A DNA stretch of 64,000 bases. Source: an uncultured delta proteobacterium. GTDB lineage: Bacteria; Myxococcota_A; Polyangia; Fen-1088. Both the position numbers and the translations under genes were made by a program. Under the pieces are notes generated by a model. It was not told the origin of the DNA. It ran no database searches and saw only the letters and a program-made list of their open reading frames with translations. The number at the start of each line of letters is the position of its first letter. Position 1 is the first letter of the stretch. The stretch is taken from positions 3,136,001 through 3,200,000 of the forward strand of contig CAVYGB010000008.1 in the NCBI GenBank assembly GCA_963767925.1, in the 5' to 3' direction. This document shows, in pieces, positions 28,852 through 38,000 of the stretch.

Positions 28852-30921
28852 ATGAACCGGAGCTGCCGCCGCTTGTCCCCGGGCGCCTTGCTGATCACCC
28901 TCCTGGCCGCCGCGCCTGCGCCCGCCCAGGAGCCGGCGGTGCGGCCGGTGCCCCCGCCCGGCATCACCCTCAAGGAGGCCGACCGCCGGCAGCTCGAGGT
29001 CGAGCTGTCGACCCTGGCCCAGGAGATGAAACGGCTGCGCGCCCGCCCCGAGCTGGCCGCGCTCACCCCCGACGTGGAGATCTACTACCGGGCGGTCGAC
29101 GGCGCCTTCCGCCACGGCGAGTTCTTCGCCGAGGAGGACCTGGTCAAGGCGCGCGCCTTGCTGGCCACCGGCCGGGAGCGGGCCAAGGCGCTGGCCAGCG
29201 GCCGGGCCCCCTGGCTCGAGCAGCCGGGCCCCACCGCCCTCGGGTACGTCTCGAAGCTCGACGGCTCGATCCAGCCTTATGGGCTGTACCTGCCGGAGCG
29301 CTGGGGCCCGCGCCAGCCGGGGCGCTGGCGGCTCGACACCTGGTTCCACGGCCGCCAGGAGAAGCTGTCCGAGGTGGACTTTCTCACCCGCGTCTCGAAG
29401 TCGGGCGGAGACTTCGTGCGCCCCGACGCGCTGACGCTGCAGCCTTACGGGCGCTATTGCAACGGCAGCAAGTTCGCCGGTGAGGTCGACTTCTGGGAGG
29501 CGCTGGCCGACGTCAAGCGCCGCCTCCCCGTCGATGAGGACCGCATCGTCATCCGGGGGTTCTCCCTCGGCGGGCACAGCGCCTGGCACCTCGGCGCCCA
29601 CCACGCCTGGCAGTGGGCGGCGGTGGCCCCGGGGGCCGGCTTCTCGGAGTCGCGGGAGTTTCTCACCCTGGGGTCCAAGGAGCCGCTCGACCCCACCCCC
29701 TGGGAGGCCAAGCTCTGGCAGCTCTACGACGCTCCCCCCTACGCGGCCAACTTCCGCAACGTCCCGCTGGTGGCCTACAGCGGCGAGAAGGACAAGCAGA
29801 AGCAGGCCGCTGACGTCATGGAGAAGGCCCTGGCCGGCGCCGGCATCTCGCTCGTGCACATCATCGGACCGGGCACCGAGCACAAGTACCACCCCGACTC
29901 CAAGGTGGAGATCGACAGGCGGATCGACGCCCTGGCGGCCCGGGGGCGCGAGGTGTTGCCCCGGCGGGTCTCGCTCGCCACCCCCACCCTCAAGTACAAC
30001 CGCCAGGCCTGGGTCCAGGCCGACGGCCTTGGCGAACACTGGCGCGAGGCCCGCATCGACGCCGAGCTGCGCGAGACCGGCGGCGCCACCGGGGTCCTCC
30101 TGCGCACCCGCAACGTCACCGCCCTGAGCCTGCTCGTCCCGAGCGGGCAGGCCCCATTTTTCCCCGGGCAGAACCCCGGCGTCGTCATCGACGGCCAGCG
30201 GCTGGCGGGTCCGCCCATCGCCTCGGACCGCTCCTGGACGGCCGCCTTCCACAAGGCGGGGAGCCGCTGGCGGGCCGGGCCGGTCACCGGCGAGGGCCTG
30301 CGCAAGCGCCACGACCTGCAGGGGCCGATCGACGACGCCTTCATGGGGAGCTTTCTCCACGTCACCCCCTCGGGGAAGTCGTTTTTCCCCCCGGTGGGCG
30401 AGTGGGTCTACGCCGAGCAGATGCGGGCCCACGCCGAGTGGCGGCGCCAGTTCCGGGCCGAGCCCCGCTCGCAGCAGGACAAGCAGGTGAGCGACGCGGA
30501 GATCGCCCAGCACAACCTCGTGCTGTGGGGCGACCCCCAGAGCAACCAGCTCCTGGCCCGCATCGTCGACAAGCTGCCCATCCGCTGGACCAAGGAGGGG
30601 CTGGTGGTCGGCAAGCAGTCGTTCCCCGCCGACAAACACGCGGCCATCCTCGTGTTCCCCAACCCCCTCAACCCCGCGCGCTACGTCGTCCTCAACAGCG
30701 GCTTCACCTTTCGCGAGTTCGACTACCTGAACAACGCCCGCCAGACGCCGAAGCTGCCCGACTGGGCGGTTGTCGACGTCTCGACGAAGCCCGACGCCCG
30801 GGCGCCGGGCAAGGTGGTGGCCGCCGACTTCTTCGGCGAGCGCTGGGAGCTGCGACCGGCAGCGCCCGCCCGCCGCGCCCCCCGCCCGGCCGACAACCGG
30901 AGGGCGGCAAACGCGTTATAA
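28852..30921 (+). CDS. Secreted alpha/beta-hydrolase (prolyl oligopeptidase-like)
   Basis: Signal peptide; GFSLGG nucleophile elbow; DGSIQPYG. Confidence 0.8.
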   Translation: MNRSCRRLSPGALLITLLAAAPAPAQEPAVRPVPPPGITLKEADRRQLEVELSTLAQEMKRLRARPELAALTPDVEIYYRAVDGAFRHGEFFAEEDLVKARALLATGRERAKALASGRAPWLEQPGPTALGYVSKLDGSIQPYGLYLPERWGPRQPGRWRLDTWFHGRQEKLSEVDFLTRVSKSGGDFVRPDALTLQPYGRYCNGSKFAGEVDFWEALADVKRRLPVDEDRIVIRGFSLGGHSAWHLGAHHAWQWAAVAPGAGFSESREFLTLGSKEPLDPTPWEAKLWQLYDAPPYAANFRNVPLVAYSGEKDKQKQAADVMEKALAGAGISLVHIIGPGTEHKYHPDSKVEIDRRIDALAARGREVLPRRVSLATPTLKYNRQAWVQADGLGEHWREARIDAELRETGGATGVLLRTRNVTALSLLVPSGQAPFFPGQNPGVVIDGQRLAGPPIASDRSWTAAFHKAGSRWRAGPVTGEGLRKRHDLQGPIDDAFMGSFLHVTPSGKSFFPPVGEWVYAEQMRAHAEWRRQFRAEPRSQQDKQVSDAEIAQHNLVLWGDPQSNQLLARIVDKLPIRWTKEGLVVGKQSFPADKHAAILVFPNPLNPARYVVLNSGFTFREFDYLNNARQTPKLPDWAVVDVSTKPDARAPGKVVAADFFGERWELRPAAPARRAPRPADNRRAANAL

Positions 30922-30928
30922 GGCCGGC

Positions 30929-31780
30929 ATGACGAGCGGCAAGAGTGGCAACGGTGGAATGACGAGAAGGAAGCTCATGGAATCTTCACTGGCCCTGGGG
31001 GCGATGGCCGCAACCGCGGCCGCCGGCGAGGCCGAGGCCCAGACCCGCAGCGGCGGCGGGCCCGGCCCCGAGTTCTACGAGCTGCGGGCCTACAAGCTGC
31101 GGCTCGGCAACCAGCCCAAGGTGGTCAACGACTTCCTGGGCGAGGTGTACCTGCCGCTGCTCAACAAGCTCGGCGTCCGCCCGGTGGGCGCCTTCACCCA
31201 GACCTTCGGCCCCGAGGCCCCCACCGTCTACCTGCTGTCTCCTTATCCCTCGCTGGCCGCCTTCGGAACCACCCAGGATCGCATCGCCGCCGAGCTACCG
31301 AAGCTGACCTCCCCGGTGGCGCAGGCCTTCCTGTCGCCGCCCCCCGGCCAGTCGGCCTACCACCGCATCGAGAGCCAGCTCCTGGTGGCCTTCGACAGCT
31401 TCCGCAAGCTGGAGCTGCCGGCGGCCAGCGCCAAGAAAGAGCCGCGCATCTTCGAGCTCCGGATCTACGAGAACCCGGGCGAGCTGGGCCACGCCAAGAA
31501 GGTCGAGATGTTCGGGCCAAAGATGGGGGAGATGACCATCTTCCGCAAGGTCGGGCTCACGCCGGTGATGTTCGCCCGTCGCCTGGTGGGCCCCCGGCAG
31601 CCCAACTTCGCCTACCTGCTGGCCTTCCCCGATCTGGCCGGGCGCGAGGCGGCCTGGAAGCGCTTCCGCGAGGACCCCGACTGGCTCAAGCTGCGCGCCA
31701 CCCCCGGCTACAGCGACGCCGAGATCATGGCCAACATCACCGACCTCATCCTCACCCCCACCGCCTACTCGCAGATCTGA
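30929..31780 (+). CDS. Tat-exported double NIPSNAP-domain protein
   Basis: TRRKLM Tat motif; YELRAY and FELRIY repeats; LTPTAYSQI end. Confidence 0.85.
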   Translation: MTSGKSGNGGMTRRKLMESSLALGAMAATAAAGEAEAQTRSGGGPGPEFYELRAYKLRLGNQPKVVNDFLGEVYLPLLNKLGVRPVGAFTQTFGPEAPTVYLLSPYPSLAAFGTTQDRIAAELPKLTSPVAQAFLSPPPGQSAYHRIESQLLVAFDSFRKLELPAASAKKEPRIFELRIYENPGELGHAKKVEMFGPKMGEMTIFRKVGLTPVMFARRLVGPRQPNFAYLLAFPDLAGREAAWKRFREDPDWLKLRATPGYSDAEIMANITDLILTPTAYSQI

Positions 31781-31821
31781 GCGGGGTGACGTTGCGCCGA
31801 TCCTGATCTAAGGTCCCTGCC

Positions 31822-32589
31822 ATGCGCACCCTCCATTCCGTCATGGTCGTTTGCGTCCTGGGCGTGTTCGCGGCGTGCAAGAAGCAAGAGCCTCCGCCTC
31901 CCGCTCCCGACCCGACGCCCCCGCCCAGCGAGCCGGTCAAGCCGGCCGAGCCCCCACCGGCCGCCGAGCCAAAGGCCGAGGAGCCCCCACCGGCCGCGGC
32001 CGGCGGCGACGAGGTCAGGCCCCCCACCGCGGCCGACCTCGAGACCTACACCGCCGACATCAAGGGCAAGGGGACGCTCAAGGCGATCTTCGAGACCAGC
32101 ATGGGGCGCCTCAGCTGTGAGCTGTTCCCGGACAAGGCGCCGATGACGGTGGCGAACTTCGTGGGCCTGGCGCGTGGGCTCAAGCCGTTCCGCAACCCCA
32201 AGAACAACCAGGTGGAGAAGCGCCCCTTCTTCGACGGGCTGGTGTTTCACCGGGTCATCCCCGACTTCATGATCCAGGGCGGCGACCCGCTCGGCGTGGG
32301 CAGCGGCGACCCCGGCTACCGCTTCGGCGACGAGTTCCACCCCACCTTGCGCCACGACAAGGGGGGCATCCTCTCGATGGCCAACGCCGGCCCCGGGACC
32401 AACGGCAGCCAGTTCTTCATCACCGAGCGGCCCACCCCCCACCTCGACGATCGCCACTCGATCTTCGGGGCGTGCAAGGAGGTCGACCTCATCAAGAAGA
32501 TCGCCCGCGTGGAGAAGGATCCGGGCGACCCCAGCGGCAGCCGTCCCAAGACCCCCCTCGTCCTCAAGAAGGTGACCATCCGCAAGTGA
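31822..32589 (+). CDS. Cyclophilin-type peptidyl-prolyl isomerase, lipoprotein
   Basis: [32 protein letters not shown]; lipobox FAAC. Confidence 0.95.
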   Translation: MRTLHSVMVVCVLGVFAACKKQEPPPPAPDPTPPPSEPVKPAEPPPAAEPKAEEPPPAAAGGDEVRPPTAADLETYTADIKGKGTLKAIFETSMGRLSCELFPDKAPMTVANFVGLARGLKPFRNPKNNQVEKRPFFDGLVFHRVIPDFMIQGGDPLGVGSGDPGYRFGDEFHPTLRHDKGGILSMANAGPGTNGSQFFITERPTPHLDDRHSIFGACKEVDLIKKIARVEKDPGDPSGSRPKTPLVLKKVTIRK

Positions 32590-32624
32590 GCGCTCCGTGC
32601 GCGCCACGGTGAGCGGCAGGCCCC

Positions 32625-32650
32625 CGGGATCCTCGCCAGCGAGGGTCCCG
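32625..32650. terminator. Hairpin between convergent genes
   Basis: CGGGATCCTCGC-CA-GCGAGGGTCCCG; no U-tract. Confidence 0.4.
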
Positions 32651-32660
32651 CGGGCCCGTC

Positions 32661-34892
32661 TCAGCGACAATCCGGGGGGGTGAAGGGGTCGCCCTCGACG
32701 ACGGCGGGCACCACGCAGCGCCCGTCCGCGCAGACCGCCGGGGCCAGGCAGGCCTGGCCCCGGGACAGGTCGCAGGGCTCGCCGGCGCCGGCGCTGGCCA
32801 CGCAGACGCGGGTGGTGAAGCTGTCGCCGAAGCAGGTCGCCCCGTCGACGCAGGTGAGGACCGATCCGTCGGCGGTGAAGGTGCCACACGGTCCGCCGAT
32901 CGCGACGGCGGGCGCCCAGGGGGCGCAGGTCAGGCTCAGGAGATCGCAGTGCACCCCCCGCAGGTGGTCGCACAGGTCCTCGCTGGCGCAGGAGGCGCCC
33001 CGCTCGGCGGTCCGGTCCTGGCAGCCGCGGGGCGTGCATTCGCTGCCGGGCTCGCAGGTGGCGGGCGTCGTCTTGCACGCTTCGCCCGGCTGGCGCGGGG
33101 CCAGGCAGCGGTCGTCGAAGCAGGTCGTCCCGGGCGCGCAGCCGCCCTGCCACCAGCCGCAGTCGCCGCCCGGGGGAATGGCGGGGCGGCAGGCGCCGCA
33201 GGGGCTCACCCCCGGCCGGCACAGCAGCCCCGGCCCGCACTGGCGCGACTGGAAGCAGGACGCGCCCTCGGCCAGGGTGCCGGCTGGAGGCTCGCAGGCA
33301 GCCAGCCGGTGACCGAGGACGAACGCCCGGCAGGTCTGGGCGGCCAGCGCCCCGGCGCAGGCCACCCGCGCGGCCGCGCTCTCGGCCTGGGCGGGGATCG
33401 AGAAGTCCCGGCGGCAAGCCTCCTGCACCCGGAGGCGGCAATAGATGAGGTCGCCGTACTGGTCCCGCAGCTGGTTCGGGCTGCAGGTCGACAGGCGCTC
33501 GCAGCGGCTCTCGGCGTAGCCCAGGCAGGCGCTCGCCACCGCGGGGGCGACGGGGTGAAGGAGGATGCGGGGTGAAGGCGGTGGGCCGACGCTGGCATCG
33601 GTGCCGGCGTCTTGCCCCTCGGGCGGCGGGGCTCCCCCGCCCGCGTCGCCGCAGCCGGGCGCCAGTAGCCCGCCCAGGCCCAGGCCCACCGCGAAGCCCA
33701 GCGCCAGGACCGGGGGCGGGGCCGGCCCGCGTTTCCCGCCCGACGCCCGCCCGCGCCCACGCCGCCGGCGCCAGCGAGACGCGAGCGCGAACAGCAGCGG
33801 CAGCGCGGCCGCGCCGGGACCGCCGGGGCCAGTCGGGACCGTCTGGCAGCCCCCGCCTCCGTCAGCGGCCGGCTCCCGATCGAAGGTGACCTCGACCTCC
33901 GCCGCGCCCGACGACCGCTCCCGCACCACCAGGGTCAGCCCGGCCGCCTCGTCGCGGTAGGGCTCCGCCAGCCCCAGGCGGGCGTCATCGAGGGTGGGCG
34001 TGTCGGGGGTGAGGTCGAGCAGGAACGAGCTGGCGATCTCTCCCAGGGCTCCGCCCAGCGACACGAGCACGCCCTCGGTGATCGGGTCGCCCGGAGCGAA
34101 GGCGTCGAACCCGAAAGGCTGGCGGTACTCGAGGTAATAAAACGTCGTGGCGTCCCGGCGCAGGGCGAGGAGCTGCGGCCCGGCCGCCGCCTGCTCCTGC
34201 GGCAACAGCCGGTAGCGCCCGCTGTGCGCGATGGTCGACACGTTGGCGGGCGGCAGCCAGCCGGCCTGGGCCTTGTTATAGGCGCTGGTGTGGCGGTAGC
34301 CGGAGCCCATGACGTCGAATGGGTTGCCGTATTCGACGTCGGTGCAGGCGCCGCCGAGGACCACCGGCTCGCCCTCGGCGCCCCGGCAGGTGCGCGACGA
34401 GGCGTGGGGGGTGCCGAGGTTGTGCCCCAGCTCGTGGGTGAAGGCCGACACCGAGGTCCCGTTGATCCAGCTCTGCTGGCCGGGGTGCTGGCCCTTGCCC
34501 CGGTAGGGACAGGCGTCGGTGGCGGGGAAGAAGAAGGCCAGGTGATCGTAGCCGGTAGTGTCGACGCCCGCCCGGGCGGCAGCGGCCAGGGCGGCGCTGG
34601 CCCACTCCGTCTCGGCGCACGGGCGGTTGAAGGCCTCGAGGGTGAACCAGCCGAACACGTCCCCCCCGGGGCCGGACTTGCCCACCAGATCGACGAGCCC
34701 GTAGGACTGCTCGCGGTAAAAGGCCCGGGTCGAGTCGGGGTCGAGGAAGATCTCGCGGCGGATCTCCTCGACGGACGCGGGCTGGCGATCGTCGTTGCGG
34801 AAGTTGAAGAGGAAGACGCCCAGCGTGCGGGGCGGCGGCTGGGCGACGGCCAGCGACAGGGCGGTCGCCGCCAGGAGGACCGACTGACTCAT
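32661..34892 (-). CDS. M11/gametolysin-like zinc metallopeptidase with internal MYXO-CTERM-like signal, fused in frame to a Cys-rich lipoprotein-like module
   Basis: HELGHNLGTPH, EYGNPFDVMG; GGGC-hydrophobic-RRRR; second lipobox LAPGC and Cys-rich repeats. Confidence 0.75.
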   Translation of the reverse strand: MSQSVLLAATALSLAVAQPPPRTLGVFLFNFRNDDRQPASVEEIRREIFLDPDSTRAFYREQSYGLVDLVGKSGPGGDVFGWFTLEAFNRPCAETEWASAALAAAARAGVDTTGYDHLAFFFPATDACPYRGKGQHPGQQSWINGTSVSAFTHELGHNLGTPHASSRTCRGAEGEPVVLGGACTDVEYGNPFDVMGSGYRHTSAYNKAQAGWLPPANVSTIAHSGRYRLLPQEQAAAGPQLLALRRDATTFYYLEYRQPFGFDAFAPGDPITEGVLVSLGGALGEIASSFLLDLTPDTPTLDDARLGLAEPYRDEAAGLTLVVRERSSGAAEVEVTFDREPAADGGGGCQTVPTGPGGPGAAALPLLFALASRWRRRRGRGRASGGKRGPAPPPVLALGFAVGLGLGGLLAPGCGDAGGGAPPPEGQDAGTDASVGPPPSPRILLHPVAPAVASACLGYAESRCERLSTCSPNQLRDQYGDLIYCRLRVQEACRRDFSIPAQAESAAARVACAGALAAQTCRAFVLGHRLAACEPPAGTLAEGASCFQSRQCGPGLLCRPGVSPCGACRPAIPPGGDCGWWQGGCAPGTTCFDDRCLAPRQPGEACKTTPATCEPGSECTPRGCQDRTAERGASCASEDLCDHLRGVHCDLLSLTCAPWAPAVAIGGPCGTFTADGSVLTCVDGATCFGDSFTTRVCVASAGAGEPCDLSRGQACLAPAVCADGRCVVPAVVEGDPFTPPDCR

Positions 34893-35086
34893 CGCGCGCC
34901 TGCTCCGCAGCCCAGGGTATCGCGCCGGAGGCAGGGGCCGCCGGAAATGTTCCCGGGAGAAAATGTTCCCGCCGGCCGCGCGAAGACCGCCCGCGCGGCT
35001 GACCGGCTCGGGTTGCCTGTGTACGCCGGCCACGAGCAAGGCGCGCGGGAGGCGACGCCGGCTGCTTCCTGGGGCATCATCCGGCT

Positions 35087-38000
35087 TTGACCATGGACCT
35101 TCCCCCCATGCGAGCGAAGTGGATTCCGGCATCGAGGTCGTTCCGGGCAGGCGCGCTGCTGTTGCTGCTGGTGGCTGCCACCTGCGGCCGCAAGCAGTGG
35201 CCCGACACCCCACCCCCGGCGGCCTCGCCACCCGCGCCGGCGCCCGCGAGGGCGGCGCTGCCGCCGGCCGAGCGCGACGTCGAGGAGCACACGGCCCGGC
35301 CGATCCAGACCGACTTTCCCTTCCTGAGCTCGGCCCTCACCACGCGATCGGCGGTGGGCCAGACCGTCAACAAGAGCATCGCCATCCGCCTCGGCGCCGA
35401 CATCGCGGTCAGCTTCGACACCGACCTGCTGCGCATGGGCGCCGGCTGGTCCGGCGGGTTCATCGAGGCCACCGGGGTCACCTTCGACACCACCCACGGC
35501 ACCAACCCCTCGGCGGGCGGCGATCCCCACTTCGTCACCGCGCCGGTCCCGGGCTGGGCCGACGCACGCGGCCGCTTCGCCGATCCCCGCAAGGTCCCCT
35601 TCGGCCCCCTGCCGGAGCGCTGGGGACGCTGGGACGGCCTCTACGTCGCCGGCGACGACGTCGTGCTGGCCTACACGGTCCAGGGCAGCAAGATCCACGA
35701 GCAGCCCTCGGCCGCCCAGAACGAAGACCGGATCGGGTTCGTGCGCACCTTCCGGGTCGAGCAGCGTGAGCGGCCCTTGACCCTGCTGGTGGCCGACGTC
35801 CCCGGCGCCCCCGAGCGCGGGCCGGAGCCGGCCCGCGCGACCGCCGGCGATCCCACCCTGCTCACCCTGGCGGTGACGGGCGCGCGCACCGTCGAGCCCC
35901 GGCGCAAGGGCGAGGCCGGCGCCGCCGCCGCTCCCGAGAAACCGAAGACGCCGCCCGCCCCGGCCGAGCCGATCCGCGAGGTCACCGAGGTGGCGGTGGC
36001 GGGCGCGCCCCCCGGCACGCGGCTCACCCACGCCGGCCGGGGCCGGGTGCTGCTGCAGCTCCCGCGCGGCAAGGAGACGGCCCTGTTCAAGGTCATCGTC
36101 ACGCGCGCGCCCGCCGGGAGAGCCAGCGCGCTGGACGCGCTGGTCCGGGCCTCCGGTCCGCCGGCGCTGATCGACTACCGGGCCGGTGGCCCCCGGCACT
36201 GGCCGGCCAGCATCGTCACCCGGGGCAAACGCGGGGAGGGCCCCGGCCCCTACGTCGTCGATCGCCTCACGACGCCGTACCCCGGCGTCTACGAGGGGTC
36301 GCCCAGGGGCGGCGACTGGAAGGACAACGTGTTCCGCCGGCGGATCATGATCGCCGGCTTCGACTTCTTTCCCGGGGGCACCCGGGCGGCGCTGTCGACC
36401 TGGGAGGGGGACGTCTGGATCGTCGACGGCATCGACGGCGACCTCGACAAGCTGACCTGGCACCGCTTCGCCTCCGGGCTGTTCGAGCCGCTCGGCCTGG
36501 CCATCGTCGGGGGGGTGGTCCACGCCTCGGGGCGGGACCAGATCACGCGCCTGCACGACCTCAACGGGGACGGCGAGGCCGACTACTACGAGAACTTCAA
36601 CAACCAGGCCACCAACAGCCAGGGCTTTCACGAGTTCCAGTTCGACCTGCAGACCGACGCGAAGGGGAACTTCTACACCGCCAAGGCGGCCCCGGTGCGC
36701 GCGGGCGGCCGCGGCTTCGGCGGCGGGGGCGGCAATGGCACCGTCACCCCTTTTGCCGGCACCGTCCACCGCATCTCCCCCGACGGCAAGAAGCGGGAGG
36801 TGTACGCCACCGGCCTGCGCGCGCCGAACGGGATCGGGGTGAGCCCGGGCGGCCAGGTCACCACCGGCGACAACGAGGGGACCTGGATGCCGGCCTGCCC
36901 GCTCAACTGGGTCAAGCCGGGCAGCTACCACGGGGTGGCGGACAGCGCCCACCGCAGCCCCCTGCCCCGCCCCGAGCCGCCGCTGTGCTGGATCTCGAAG
37001 ACCTACGACAACTCGGGCGGCTCGCAGGTCTGGGTGACGAGCGATCGCTGGGGCCCCTTCCAGGGTGAGCTGCTCCATCTCAGCTACGGCCGGGCGGCCA
37101 TCTACCTGGTGGTCAAGCAGGCGGTCGATTCCTTCATGCAAGGTGGGATCGTGCCGCTGCTGGGGGGACCCGACGCCGGGCAGATCACCGGCGGGCCGGT
37201 CGAGCTCACCTCCTCGGCCATGCGCGCGCGCTTCAACCTCGGCGACGGCCAGCTCTACGTGGCGGGCCTCTCGGGCTGGCAGAGCGACGCCGTGTCGCTC
37301 ACCGGCTTCGACCGGATCCGCTACACCGGCAAGGAGGTGCACACCCTGCGCGGCCTGGCCGCCACCACCGCCGGCGTCGAGCTGACCTTCAGCCATCCCC
37401 TCGACCCCACCACGGTCGACCCCGGCAGCTTCTCGGTGCAGCGCTGGAACTACCGGCGCTCGTCGGAGTACGGCTCGCCGGAGCTGTCGGTGGAGAACCC
37501 CGGCCAGCGCGGACACGACCAGATGGAGGTGCTGGAGGCCCGCCTCTCGGCCGATGGCAAGTCGGTGCTGCTCGACCTGGCCGACCTGCGCCCGGCCCAC
37601 CAGATGTTGATCCACATGCAGCTCAAGGCCCGCGATGGCGTCCCCATCCGCCAGAGCGTCATGCACACCATCCACGAGCTGCCCCGGGATCCCCGGGCCA
37701 GCGGCCGATCCCGGGTGGCCAGCGCCCGCCCCGGGGGCCAGCCCGGCCTGCTGCTCGAGCTGGCCGCCGAGGGCGCGCCCACCCACGCCGCGGTGGCGCC
37801 GGGGGTGAAGCTGCACGTGCCGTCGGGCACCGCCGCCTCGCCCTTCTTGCCGCCGGGGAGGTTCACGGCGACCTGGCAGGGCACCCTCTGGCCGGCCATG
37901 CGCGGGACCCACGTCCTGGCCGCCGACGTCAGCGGGGAGCTGCGGGTCAGCCTCGACGACAAGGTGGTCCTCAGCTCGAGCGGCGGCCGGCAGGTCCAGT

